Assembly: GCA_001000675.1 (NCBI GenBank)
Contig: LCHW01000001.1
Span: forward strand, 424,875 to 488,874
Reading direction: 5' to 3'
Length of the DNA stretch: 64,000 nt
Source: Candidatus Wolfebacteria bacterium GW2011_GWE2_44_13
GTDB taxonomy: Bacteria > Patescibacteriota > Minisyncoccia > UBA6257 > UBA9933
Shown: positions 35,923-45,473 of the stretch, in pieces
Position numbering within the stretch: the stretch's first letter is position 1
How the letters are laid out: each line of letters starts with the position of its first letter
Program-made: the position numbers and the translations under genes
The notes under the pieces: model-generated
Seen by the model: only the letters and a program-made list of their open reading frames with translations
Told to the model about the DNA's origin: nothing
Databases searched by the model: none

Positions 35923-36996
35923 TTACGTAAATTTTTCAATCTTTACGCCAAGAAGGCGTATCGGTTTTCTTTTTGGGTTCTCACGGGCATCAAGAAATGG
36001 CAATAGCAATTTCAAGGTTTCAAATTCCAAAACTGCGCTATCGTTTGTTGGCTCGGGCAATGTTTTTGAACGAGTTTTTGTTTCAAACCCTTCGAACCGC
36101 ACGGTAATTCCGACTGTTTTAAAGGTTGCAAATTCGCTTTTTGTAAAACGATCAAATACTTGTGCGCATAATTTTTGAAAGAGCTCGAGCAAGATATCCG
36201 GGGCAAGTGTATCGCGTTGTAGGGTTTCCTGTTCTCCTATAGATTGTGCTATCCATTCTTCGACAAGCGGGGTGTCATCGATGCCTCGTACCTTTGTGTA
36301 TAAATCGATGCCTGATTTACCTAATAACAGTTCTAAATCAATTGGCTCGAGTGCTTGGAGCTGTTTTGTTGTGGTTATGTCTTGTTCTTGTAACGCCAAC
36401 TCCATTTTAGGTCCGATGCCTGGGATTTTTCGCAATCCGATTTGTGCAATAAACGATTCGACTTCTGATGGCTTTACTACGGTTAACCCTTGTGGTTTCT
36501 TAAAATCGGAGGCGATTTTTGCAACGAGCTTGTTTGGCCCGATGCCAATAGAAGCGGTTAATGATTCTTTTTCTTGTATTTCTTTTTGAATTTTTTTTGC
36601 CACTGTTACCGCCTTTGCAAAATTTCCCAAGCGACTTAGATCGAAATATGCTTCATCGATACTCGCCTCTTCGATATGTTCGGCGTATGTCCGCACTATA
36701 GCCATAATACGATATGAAACTTCCATATACTTATGCATATTTGGCGTTATAAAGGCTACCCCGGGTTCGCCTCGCTTAACTGCTTCTTGTGAAAGTTTCC
36801 ATGCGGTTGATATGGGGAGTGCTGAATGGATGCCGTATGCACGTGCCTTATAATTTGCTGTTGATACAACCCCTCTTCCCTTTCCCTCTTCTGGATCTGA
36901 TCCAATTGCAATCGGCATACCACTGAGCCACGGCTTATCGCGCTCTTCTACTGCGGCAAAAAAGGCATCCATATCGATATGCGCGATGATTCTCAT
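35923..36996 (-). CDS. dinB: DNA polymerase IV (Y-family).
   Basis: The sequence MRIIAHIDMDAFFAAVEERD gives the catalytic DMD motif. The start is trimmed to the ATG at 36996. A terminator and a TATAAAT box lie upstream. Confidence 0.85.
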   Translation of the reverse strand: MRIIAHIDMDAFFAAVEERDKPWLSGMPIAIGSDPEEGKGRGVVSTANYKARAYGIHSALPISTAWKLSQEAVKRGEPGVAFITPNMHKYMEVSYRIMAIVRTYAEHIEEASIDEAYFDLSRLGNFAKAVTVAKKIQKEIQEKESLTASIGIGPNKLVAKIASDFKKPQGLTVVKPSEVESFIAQIGLRKIPGIGPKMELALQEQDITTTKQLQALEPIDLELLLGKSGIDLYTKVRGIDDTPLVEEWIAQSIGEQETLQRDTLAPDILLELFQKLCAQVFDRFTKSEFATFKTVGITVRFEGFETKTRSKTLPEPTNDSAVLEFETLKLLLPFLDARENPKRKPIRLLGVKIEKFT

Positions 36997-37022
36997 ATAT
37001 GTATTTATACCATATTTATGGT

Positions 37023-37047
37023 AAAAAATGCCCGCAGGTAAGCGGGC
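37023..37047 (-). terminator. Rho-independent terminator (gcccgcttacctgcgggc plus T-run on the minus strand).
   Basis: A hairpin after gene 37061..37468. Confidence 0.6.
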
Positions 37048-37060
37048 ACGGAGAACCGTC

Positions 37061-37468
37061 CTAAAAAGGACTTGAAACATGTTTCAGCGCCGCAATCAAT
37101 GCGATGCGCAGCGATTCAACTTCTTCGGTTAACGAAATGGTTATGACGGGGACACGATTTCGTACGAAGAAGTTTGATATGCCCTCCTTGCCGAGTTCAT
37201 TTACAAGAATTGCATACACTTTTTTTCGTCGCTGTCTTGCATATCGCACGATGCGCAGGGAATCCTCCTGTATGTTCGTGTCCAATATTGCGGTATCAAA
37301 TTGCATATACCGCTTGCTGCTGATTCCAAAATTTTGCTCCAATTCTCGGAGCAGGATATGGAGGTTGTGCCCTCGGTATGGGAGGGACACCCAGAGCAGT
37401 TTTTTGTCCAAGCTTTGCCCAGCCCCAAGAAATCCGGGCTGGAGTAATGGTTGCTCGTTCGTATCCAT
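37061..37468 (-). CDS. Hypothetical protein (135 aa).
   Basis: An ORF only. There is a weak receiver-like pattern. Confidence 0.4.
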   Translation of the reverse strand: MDTNEQPLLQPGFLGAGQSLDKKLLWVSLPYRGHNLHILLRELEQNFGISSKRYMQFDTAILDTNIQEDSLRIVRYARQRRKKVYAILVNELGKEGISNFFVRNRVPVITISLTEEVESLRIALIAALKHVSSPF

Positions 37469-37547
37469 CGCAGCTCAGCTCCTTTCGACGCTATTAAGAG
37501 GTGAAATATCTACGCAAAGCCTATCAAATCAAGACGTGCATAGCAAA

Positions 37548-38789
37548 TTATTCAGAGCGCAACGCTTCCATAGGACTTTTTTTGGCTGCTTGCGTTGCGG
37601 GGAAAATGCCGAAGATAAATCCAATGGCTATCGCAACGATTGCACCAATGATTGCGCCTTGTAGTGGGAAGAAGAAGCGAAAATCAATGCTATATATTTG
37701 GCCAAGAATAATGGTTAATAAAATACCTCCGCCCCATCCAATAAGTATGCCGATAAGCGCCCCGCTCATCGTGAGAATAAGTGCTTCAAAAAGAAACTGG
37801 CGCAGAATATCTTTGTCCGTTGCCCCGAGCGCTTTGCGAAGGCCAATTTCTTTGGTGCGTTCAGTTACTGATACAAACATAATATTCATAATACCAACGC
37901 CGCCAACCACGAGCGAAATTGCCGCTATGGTTGTTAGTAATATCGTAAGAATATCCGTGATTGTCGTAAGAAGTGCAGCTGCATCTTCCATGGTCATGGT
38001 GTAAAAATCATCCTTGGTGCTGTCAGTAATATCATGGCTTTCACGCACGGTTCTTTTAATGTCTTGCACCATTGCCGGAATACTTTCTTCGGTGCGTGCT
38101 TCCACGATAATGTGACTAATGTAATGAACCCCCATAACGTATAACTGTGCGGTTGTATAGGGAATGACAAACGCACTATCGAACTCACCTGCCGCGCCCG
38201 AGCCTTTTTTCTTTAGTATTCCTATGACGCGATAATTTTTATCCTTTATTTTTACATGCTTACCAATTGACTCTTCCAATCCAAATAATTTTTCTGCCAC
38301 TTTACTTCCAATAACAACTACCCCAGCTTTTTGTGCAACGTCTTCATCGGTAAATATATCACCTGCCTCAAGCTCGAGTTGGAAAATTCTAAAGATCACC
38401 TCCTCTCCTCCAAGGAGCGGACCGTTAAAAAGCTGTGAACCATAGGTTGCGGTTACGCTGCTTTCCATATAAGGCATAACTGTTTCTGCATCTGGTACAT
38501 TTTCCATTCTGCGGAGTGCTACAACGTCTTCCTCCTGTAGGGAGTCATTCATGATTGAGCTACTAAACCCAGAAAAACCCTCGGGTTGTTTCCCAGGGAG
38601 TACAAACACATTTTTAGGGCCAAAACTTTGTACCTCGCGAATAATTAATTCTTGTGCGCTGCTTCCGATTGCAAGAATAAGAATGATTGATGTTATGCCA
38701 ATCACGATACCAAGGATCGTTAACAATGATCGCGATTTATGCATAACAACCCCTTCGTATGCGGCTTTTAGTCTGTCAGTATTAGTCAT
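37548..38789 (-). CDS. ABC transporter permease (FtsX/MacB-like).
   Basis: There is an N-terminal TM segment, a periplasmic domain and the C-terminal FtsX 3-TM region. It is a paralog of the next gene. Confidence 0.8.
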   Translation of the reverse strand: MTNTDRLKAAYEGVVMHKSRSLLTILGIVIGITSIILILAIGSSAQELIIREVQSFGPKNVFVLPGKQPEGFSGFSSSIMNDSLQEEDVVALRRMENVPDAETVMPYMESSVTATYGSQLFNGPLLGGEEVIFRIFQLELEAGDIFTDEDVAQKAGVVVIGSKVAEKLFGLEESIGKHVKIKDKNYRVIGILKKKGSGAAGEFDSAFVIPYTTAQLYVMGVHYISHIIVEARTEESIPAMVQDIKRTVRESHDITDSTKDDFYTMTMEDAAALLTTITDILTILLTTIAAISLVVGGVGIMNIMFVSVTERTKEIGLRKALGATDKDILRQFLFEALILTMSGALIGILIGWGGGILLTIILGQIYSIDFRFFFPLQGAIIGAIVAIAIGFIFGIFPATQAAKKSPMEALRSE

Positions 38790-38790
38790 A

Positions 38791-40032
38791 TTATTCGTAG
38801 CGAAGCGCTTCCATAGGGCTTTTTTGTGCTGCTTTTCGTGCAGGGAAAATTCCAAATACAAATCCTACGATTGTCGATACTGCAAGGCCAGCGATTGCTC
38901 CTCCAACAGGGAATATAAATGTGAACGCAATGCCGAACATATACTTAATAAGAAGTGAGATAGTGATTCCTATGGCAACGCCAATAATAAGGCCAATTAC
39001 TCCACCGCTAAACGTTAATATGATTGCTTCGGAAAGAAACTGCTGTAAAATATCGCGATTAGTTGCTCCAAGTGCCTTGCGCAGACCGATTTCCCTGGTG
39101 CGTTCCATTACTGAAACGAGCATGATGTTCATAATGCCAACACCGCCAACAATCAATGAGATTGCCGCAACGGCAGAAAGAAGGATGGTCATGATATTCG
39201 TAACCGTCCCGATGCGCTCGACGATGTCGTCTTGCGTCATAATAAAAAAGTCATCCTTTGTTGGATCATCAATATCATGATTATTACGCAAGAGCGTTTC
39301 TATGTCTCGCGATGCATTTGCTATGTTCACTTCCTCATCTACCTCTACAACCATACGCTGAAAATGCTTAATACCTAATATGTATTGCTGAACAATGGTG
39401 TAGGGCGCGATCACTGTTTCGTCAAAGTTAACAAATGAACCTTGTCCTTTTTGTGCAAGCACTCCGACTACGCGATAATTTTTGTTTTTTATTTTTATTT
39501 TTTGTCCAACTGGATCTTGTGTTGGGAATAATTCATCAGCTACTTTTTTCCCAATAACCACTACCTCCTCTTTTTGACGGACGCTTTCATCGGGGAAAAA
39601 ATCTCCCGTTGCGAGCGTGAGGTCAAATAAGCGTACAAGATCAGGCGTGCTTCCCATAATAAGCCCCATGTACGATTCATTTTCGAATATGGATGTTATG
39701 TTTCCAAATACAATAGGGGTCACTGAAACTGCGTTAGGAACGTTTGCCTTCTCCTCGAGGTCTCTAAGATCGCTTTCTCGTAATGAATCGGTAAATAAGG
39801 TCGAACCCGCGCCACCAACATCTGTCGGTTCGCGTCCAGGGACGATAAATACATTCTTCGGCCCCATGTTTTGTATCTCTCCCACAATGAGTTGCTTACC
39901 GCTTTCACCTAAGGCCACAACGACAATAATAGCGCCGATACCAATAACAATACCAAGAATCGTCAATAAAGAACGCGACCGATGCGTCGCTAACCCTATG
40001 GCCGCCATGCGAATGGTATCCCATAGTCGCAT
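38791..40032 (-). CDS. ABC transporter permease (FtsX/MacB-like).
   Basis: Same architecture as the preceding permease. The N-terminus is RSRSLLTILGIVIGI. Confidence 0.8.
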   Translation of the reverse strand: MRLWDTIRMAAIGLATHRSRSLLTILGIVIGIGAIIVVVALGESGKQLIVGEIQNMGPKNVFIVPGREPTDVGGAGSTLFTDSLRESDLRDLEEKANVPNAVSVTPIVFGNITSIFENESYMGLIMGSTPDLVRLFDLTLATGDFFPDESVRQKEEVVVIGKKVADELFPTQDPVGQKIKIKNKNYRVVGVLAQKGQGSFVNFDETVIAPYTIVQQYILGIKHFQRMVVEVDEEVNIANASRDIETLLRNNHDIDDPTKDDFFIMTQDDIVERIGTVTNIMTILLSAVAAISLIVGGVGIMNIMLVSVMERTREIGLRKALGATNRDILQQFLSEAIILTFSGGVIGLIIGVAIGITISLLIKYMFGIAFTFIFPVGGAIAGLAVSTIVGFVFGIFPARKAAQKSPMEALRYE

Positions 40033-40035
40033 ATA

Positions 40036-40788
40036 TTATTTAATCGTATCGGTTTCTTTTACGCGGTGACGATGTTCGACCCATTCGTCGCTTTCAATCA
40101 GTCCATCTTTGATATGGATAATGCGTTCTGCTGCTGCTGCCACGTACGATTCATGGGTTACCATAACAATCGTGTGACCTTGCTCGTGCAACTCTTGCAG
40201 AAAAGCTAGTATAACGGCACCCGACTTTGAATCAAGACTTCCTGTTGGCTCATCGGCAAAAATGACTTTGGGGTCGTTTACCAGTGCTCGCGCAATTGCA
40301 ACACGTTGTTTTTGCCCGCCTGAAAGCTTAACGGTTGGAAAATTTTCTCGTTCGCCGAGGCCAACCATCGTTACCATCTCTCGAGCAATGCGCGTTCGTT
40401 CTGGTTCGTATATATTTGCGTAAATAAGCGGCAACTTTACATTGTCGATTACTGAAAGGCGCGGCAACAAGTTGAATGCTTGAAAAATAAACCCGATTTT
40501 TTTATTGCGAATGTGTGCAAGTTCGTCATCGGAATAATGCTCAAGATCTTTTCCGTCGAGCAAATATTTTCCATCGGTTGGGCGCTCAAGACATCCTAAT
40601 ATTTGCAGTAAGGTCGACTTTCCCGATCCTGAAGGACCCATGATCGACACGAATTCACCCTCATGAATATCGAGTGAAATGTCGCGTAATGCAATCGCTT
40701 CCAGATCTTCTATCATGTACACTTTGCGCAAATTTTTTGTCGAAAGTACGAGTGGTCGATCGTTGTGCCTGTGTTGTTCTGTGGCCAT
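40036..40788 (-). CDS. ABC transporter ATP-binding protein (MacB/LolD-like).
   Basis: Walker A is [10 protein letters not shown], the ABC signature is LSGGQKQR, and Walker B is IFADEPT. Confidence 0.9.
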   Translation of the reverse strand: MATEQHRHNDRPLVLSTKNLRKVYMIEDLEAIALRDISLDIHEGEFVSIMGPSGSGKSTLLQILGCLERPTDGKYLLDGKDLEHYSDDELAHIRNKKIGFIFQAFNLLPRLSVIDNVKLPLIYANIYEPERTRIAREMVTMVGLGERENFPTVKLSGGQKQRVAIARALVNDPKVIFADEPTGSLDSKSGAVILAFLQELHEQGHTIVMVTHESYVAAAAERIIHIKDGLIESDEWVEHRHRVKETDTIK

Positions 40789-40797
40789 ACCGTTTTA

Positions 40798-42468
40798 TTA
40801 GTTAGTTACTATGGCGTCTCCTTCTGCGACCCCCGATAGTATTTCTGTTCTTCCGTCAGATCCACGTAAGCCGGTCACTACTTCAATTTCTTGCACGGTA
40901 CCGGTTTCCTTGTTAGTAAGTACTTTTACATACTTCTTACCCTCACGCGAAATAATATTTCTTGTTGGTATATACAAAATATTTGTTCGTTCACCAGACA
41001 GTACATCAATATTTGCTGTAAGACCAGAAAGGATGCGACTATCTTCTTGTGTAAATTCAAACGTTGTTTTGTAGGTCGCAACTCCCTCTATGGTTGTTGC
41101 TGATAAATCGATAAGGATTACCTTTGCGTTGAATAATGCATCCGATCCATAGGCATCAAGTGTTACGCGCGCTTCGTTTCCGATTTTCACTTTTGCAATA
41201 TCTGCTTCTGCCACATACGATTCAATCAAAAATCTTCCCGATCCGATAATAGAAACAACTGGCGTATTCGGTGAGATAATATCTCCGAGCGTTGGAACTA
41301 TTTTTGTTATTGTGCCCGCAAATGGGGCTTTCAATATTGTTTTCTCTATTTGTGCTTGATAATAATCTGCGTTTGCGCGAGCGTTTTCTACCTGACTTTC
41401 TTGGTACGCTACATCTTGTACGGAAGCTGCAGCCGTTTTTAACGTTAGCTCGCGTTCTGCTTGATCGAGCGTGCTTTGTGCCGTCGTGATACTTGCTTGT
41501 GCATTCGAAATCGCGCTTTGGTTGATTGATTTTTGCGATGCAATCGATTGCCTTTGCTTGTTCACGTTCGTAAGCGCGGTTACGATACTGCTGCGTGCTG
41601 TTGATACTGCAGTTTTGTATGTGTTGAGTGTTGTTGTGTCTAAACCACTTGGGCTATTTACGACATCTTGCAAGTTACCAAAAAATGCAAGGAAAACATC
41701 GAGATTCACTTTTGCATTTTCAAGTGTGCTATTTAATACGGTTGCATCTCCGTTTGCGTTGCGTGCTGCTGTTACATTTTTTGAAAATGCAGCAAGATTA
41801 TCCGTTGCTTGCACGCGACCTGATTCTGAATTTATCTTTGCCTGGCTGTTGAAGGAGCTAAATGAAAGTGTTGGTCGATCGGTCTCGTCGTTTAAAAAGA
41901 GCCCATCGATTTGGTTTCTGATGGCGTCGTCTGATTTTGTGTATGCGTCTGTTAGTGTATCCGGTACTGAGCTATGTATATTTGCTAAGTCAGTCGTCGC
42001 TTTTTCAGTGACGTTGATCGCATTGCGCTGTGCGTCTGCAAGCGTATTCTTTGCATTTTCTACGCGTGCTTGCGATATTGCGATATCTTCTGCACGAGCC
42101 CCTTCTCGTAATTGTGCAAGCTTTGCTTCTTGCGAACGCACGTTAGCACGTGCTTGTGCAAGCTGTGCATACAAATCTGCATTGTCGAGCTGCATCATTT
42201 CTTGTCCTTGCCCTACGGTGTCCCCTACTGCTACGCGAATGCGCGAAACACGACCTCCTTTTTCAAATGCAATATCAAGATTTTGTGACGGTTTTACTTT
42301 GCCGGTAATGCTTACCTCCTCCTTAATATCTCCGCGCACTACGGGGATGGTCGGATATGTTTGAGGACGACTATTTTGGTACGATGTATATCCAACGATT
42401 GCAAGAATTATAAGAATAATCGCAATGACAATTTTATTTTTTAGAAAATGCAGTACTGTTTGTATCAT
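40798..42468 (-). CDS. Periplasmic adaptor (HlyD/MacA-like membrane fusion protein) with a long coiled coil.
   Basis: There is an N-terminal TM segment, a biotinyl/lipoyl-like region, about 300 aa of coiled coil, and a C-terminal beta-barrel. Confidence 0.8.
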   Translation of the reverse strand: MIQTVLHFLKNKIVIAIILIILAIVGYTSYQNSRPQTYPTIPVVRGDIKEEVSITGKVKPSQNLDIAFEKGGRVSRIRVAVGDTVGQGQEMMQLDNADLYAQLAQARANVRSQEAKLAQLREGARAEDIAISQARVENAKNTLADAQRNAINVTEKATTDLANIHSSVPDTLTDAYTKSDDAIRNQIDGLFLNDETDRPTLSFSSFNSQAKINSESGRVQATDNLAAFSKNVTAARNANGDATVLNSTLENAKVNLDVFLAFFGNLQDVVNSPSGLDTTTLNTYKTAVSTARSSIVTALTNVNKQRQSIASQKSINQSAISNAQASITTAQSTLDQAERELTLKTAAASVQDVAYQESQVENARANADYYQAQIEKTILKAPFAGTITKIVPTLGDIISPNTPVVSIIGSGRFLIESYVAEADIAKVKIGNEARVTLDAYGSDALFNAKVILIDLSATTIEGVATYKTTFEFTQEDSRILSGLTANIDVLSGERTNILYIPTRNIISREGKKYVKVLTNKETGTVQEIEVVTGLRGSDGRTEILSGVAEGDAIVTN

Positions 42469-42497
42469 GATGTCGAATGAATAATAAAAGCGTTCTT

Positions 42498-42514
42498 TCC
42501 TATAGTATATAGGA
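42498..42514. promoter_or_regulatory. Palindrome TCCTATA-gta-TATAGGA overlapping a -10-like TATACT in the efflux operon promoter region.
   Basis: Read directly from the sequence. Confidence 0.3.
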
Positions 42515-42559
42515 CATTTAGATGCTTCACAACGATATTACCGTTCTGTTTTTATGGTA

Positions 42560-42590
42560 CAAAAAAGCCCCTGTCTTGCGACGGGGGCTG
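42560..42590 (-). terminator. Rho-independent terminator after the PhoH-like gene.
   Basis: The hairpin is agcccctgtcttgcgacgggggct, with a T-run on the minus strand. Confidence 0.7.
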
Positions 42591-42611
42591 TGAAATGCAG
42601 CACGCTCGTTG

Positions 42612-44066
42612 TTACATGCGCGTTGCGACCAGCTCAGCGAGGCGCGAACGCTCGCTCTTGAGCAGGGTAACGTGGCCGATGCAGTCGAGATCTTTCAGAC
42701 TCTCGGCTGCATACACGAATCCGTTACTGATTGAATCAACTCGGGGGTTATCGATTTGCTCAACATCCCCTGTGAAAATTATTTTGGTTCCTTCTCCTGC
42801 GCGCGATATGATTGTCTTTGCCTCGTGTGGCGTAAGGTTCTGCGCCTCATCAACGATCACATAGCACTTGTGAATGCTTCGACCGCGGAGGTATACGATT
42901 GGGGAAATTTCCAAAATTCCCAGCTTGATCATTTCAGTGACAGGGTTCGCCTTACCTTTGAATTCACCCGGCTTGCCAGTGTCGAGCTCCTTGCCCAAGA
43001 TAAGACGCATGTTGTCTATTATCGGGAGCATCCATGGGGCAAATTTTTCACTGATATCTCCTGGCAAGAATCCGAGGTCTTCGCCCAAGGGGCAGTTCGG
43101 ACGATACACCAGTACTTGATCGTATACACCCTCATCGAGGAGTTTTAATCCGGCAGTAAGCGCCACGAGCGTCTTTCCGGTGCCGGCATGGCCGCCGAGC
43201 GACGTAAAAGCAATCTCGGGGTCTATCGCAAGGTAATACGCAAACCATTGCTCATCGTTGATAGGCTTAACGCCGCCGTCTTTGATGCATTGCTTGTCGA
43301 TTACCCTGAAGTACGCCGCATCTTTCTTGTAGATTGCCAAGAGTTTTTTGTCGCAGACTGTAAGTTCGCAGCACTGATTATGCAAGAGGCTGTCGAGGTC
43401 GATCTCGGAAGCAAGCACTCCCGCAGGGATGCGGTAATTCGTCCAGACGGGACTTGCACCATTGAGCAAGTCGCCCATTGCATCGGAAAGTGTGAACGAC
43501 CGTATTCCGGTGTACATTTCGCCGACGTTCTTGACTAACTTGTCGTGGAGATAGTCTTCCGAGAGAATCCCGCACGCATCTGCCTTTAAGCGAAGGTTGG
43601 CATCTTTCGAAATGATCCACGCCTCTGAGAATGTAACCTCAGGCAGCGGGTCACGTTTTTGCGACCCGATTCGTTTTTGCTGTGGCCGTTTCGGCTGGCT
43701 AGCGGTCCACGCTTGCCCGATTAAAGGAATGCGGTTATCGCGGTTTCGCTCGAGCCCCACGGGAAGAAGGCTAAAATCATTCCCATTATAGTCAACGATA
43801 ATCAAGCCGCCGCCTTCAGTGGGGACTCCTTTTGCCAGTGACCCTTGTTTTTTGTACGCGTCTAGTTTTCGCGACATTGTGCGTGCGTTCGCGCCAACTT
43901 CGTCTTGTCGTTTCTTGAGCCCGTCGAGCTCTTCTACTGCCCAGATCGGTATGACGACGATATTGTCGCCAAATTTCTCGATACATCCTGTGTCGTGTAC
44001 CAGTACGCATGTGTCGAGGATAAAAACTTTCTTTTTTCCGCCTTCCTTCTTTTTCGATGGGGGCAT
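42612..44066 (-). CDS. PhoH2-type protein (N-terminal PIN domain plus PhoH-like P-loop ATPase).
   Basis: The PIN-like N-terminus is VFILDTCVLVHD. Walker A is GHAGTGKT and Walker B is IVDEAQN. Confidence 0.85.
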   Translation of the reverse strand: MPPSKKKEGGKKKVFILDTCVLVHDTGCIEKFGDNIVVIPIWAVEELDGLKKRQDEVGANARTMSRKLDAYKKQGSLAKGVPTEGGGLIIVDYNGNDFSLLPVGLERNRDNRIPLIGQAWTASQPKRPQQKRIGSQKRDPLPEVTFSEAWIISKDANLRLKADACGILSEDYLHDKLVKNVGEMYTGIRSFTLSDAMGDLLNGASPVWTNYRIPAGVLASEIDLDSLLHNQCCELTVCDKKLLAIYKKDAAYFRVIDKQCIKDGGVKPINDEQWFAYYLAIDPEIAFTSLGGHAGTGKTLVALTAGLKLLDEGVYDQVLVYRPNCPLGEDLGFLPGDISEKFAPWMLPIIDNMRLILGKELDTGKPGEFKGKANPVTEMIKLGILEISPIVYLRGRSIHKCYVIVDEAQNLTPHEAKTIISRAGEGTKIIFTGDVEQIDNPRVDSISNGFVYAAESLKDLDCIGHVTLLKSERSRLAELVATRM

Positions 44067-44144
44067 GATCTTGCTCCTTCCTTCGTTAGGGGTTAATTAC
44101 TACGCAATCCCTTTCTGTATGCTATTTGAAATGCTACTGTCTGC

Positions 44145-44172
44145 AGTATACCCCCTCCCCTGTGTTTGTCAA
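44145..44172 (-). promoter_or_regulatory. Sigma70-like promoter TTGACA-N16-TATACT (minus strand) for the PhoH2 gene.
   Basis: Read directly from the sequence. Confidence 0.5.
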
Positions 44173-44207
44173 AAAAAACAGGCTTATCGTATGATAAGCC
44201 TGTTTTT
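44171..44207. terminator. Bidirectional terminator (A8-acaggcttatc-gtat-gataagcctgt-T5).
   Basis: Read directly from the sequence. Confidence 0.7.
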
Positions 44208-44211
44208 ATGT

Positions 44212-45033
44212 TTAGCGGATTTCGTATCGAAGTGATACGGTTACCGTTACTTCTTGAGACCCTGGTTCAATAGATGGAGCTTGCGCTGCTTCGAGTGATA
44301 CGCTTTTTGCATATCCTCCCATTGCATCGCGATACATTGGTACGGGCATATAGCCGCTTTCATCGATGTTGAGCAACTTTCCAATACGGAAGCTTGCTGC
44401 TTTTGCGGTCGCCTCCGCCTTGTCTTGCGCCTGCTTAATTGCCTCTTCTCGAGCCGCTGCCTCTACTTTTGCTGGCTCGTCAATCGTGAACGAAAGCTGA
44501 GAGATTGAGTTAGCCCCTTTCTTTGATAGCTGGCCCATAATCTCCCCTATTTTTTCGAAATCACGAACCTTTACGAGTGCGCTTTGTGTAATTGTATACC
44601 CTACGATATCAGGAGGAGGACACGGACGTGCTGCTGATGTTGAACCTCCCGTTGCCCATATAACTGTTTGAGAACAATCATAATACTGATATCGTGGCTC
44701 AATACTAAATTGTTGTGTTTTGATATCCTTATCTTCGACACCCTGTTCTTTAATGAAGCCAATAATAGCATTCATCTTTTCTGTGTTTTGTTTTTGCGCT
44801 GCTGATACGTTTTTATCGCCCTGCGTTACTACGCCAAATGAAAATTCGGCAACATCAGGGATTGCGGTCACCTTTCCTTCTCCTGTTACGGAAAAACTGC
44901 GAAACGAGGACGGTTCAATTGATTCCGAAAATGCTCGCGCATAGACAAGCCCTGAGTATGCAATTGTTACTACTGCTAATGCGCCTACGATCCATAATCC
45001 ATTTTTTATTTTAGTATCCATTTGTTCTGTCAT
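44212..45033 (-). CDS. SIMPL domain (DUF541) periplasmic protein.
   Basis: There is a signal/TM segment and the SIMPL-like repeat organisation. Confidence 0.7.
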   Translation of the reverse strand: MTEQMDTKIKNGLWIVGALAVVTIAYSGLVYARAFSESIEPSSFRSFSVTGEGKVTAIPDVAEFSFGVVTQGDKNVSAAQKQNTEKMNAIIGFIKEQGVEDKDIKTQQFSIEPRYQYYDCSQTVIWATGGSTSAARPCPPPDIVGYTITQSALVKVRDFEKIGEIMGQLSKKGANSISQLSFTIDEPAKVEAAAREEAIKQAQDKAEATAKAASFRIGKLLNIDESGYMPVPMYRDAMGGYAKSVSLEAAQAPSIEPGSQEVTVTVSLRYEIR

Positions 45034-45428
45034 ATTGCTTTTAAGACTTCTTTAAGTTTAATAATGATATCATCTATCTTCCAGTTCGACTTCAGGAGAT
45101 AATATGATGGTTGAACGAGTACAATATCCTTTAGCATTGCATCGGTGGTGTCAAAATTGGTTAAAATAATTACCTTTGCCGTTTCCCCCCATGCATCCTT
45201 ACGTAACTCCTTGACCATTGTGATGCCATCCATTTTCGGCATCAAAATATCAACAAGCAATAGGTCGGGATGTTCTTGCAATGCAAGCGCAAGCCCCTCT
45301 TCGCCGTTCTTTGCTAAGAGCGGCTCTGCAAACCCTTCTCGCCGCACCTTGTCGGCGATCGCATTTCGCATTGCGCCCTCGTCTTCTGCGATAAGTATTT
45401 TTATGGTTTTCTCTGGCTGCTGTTCCAT
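45030..45428 (-). CDS. Stand-alone response regulator receiver domain protein.
   Basis: The acidic pocket is KILIAEDE...DLLLVDILMPKMDG. There is no output domain. Confidence 0.8.
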   Translation of the reverse strand: MEQQPEKTIKILIAEDEGAMRNAIADKVRREGFAEPLLAKNGEEGLALALQEHPDLLLVDILMPKMDGITMVKELRKDAWGETAKVIILTNFDTTDAMLKDIVLVQPSYYLLKSNWKIDDIIIKLKEVLKAI

Positions 45429-45473
45429 GTGTATAGTATATAGCTAATACAATAAAAATTCCATTCGCATGCA

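Noticed and set aside
41471-42364. A 297-aa plus-strand ORF inside the adaptor (MFP) gene.
   Set aside because: It is antisense to a well-supported HlyD-like coiled-coil gene, and its composition is Ala/Ser-rich and junk-like.
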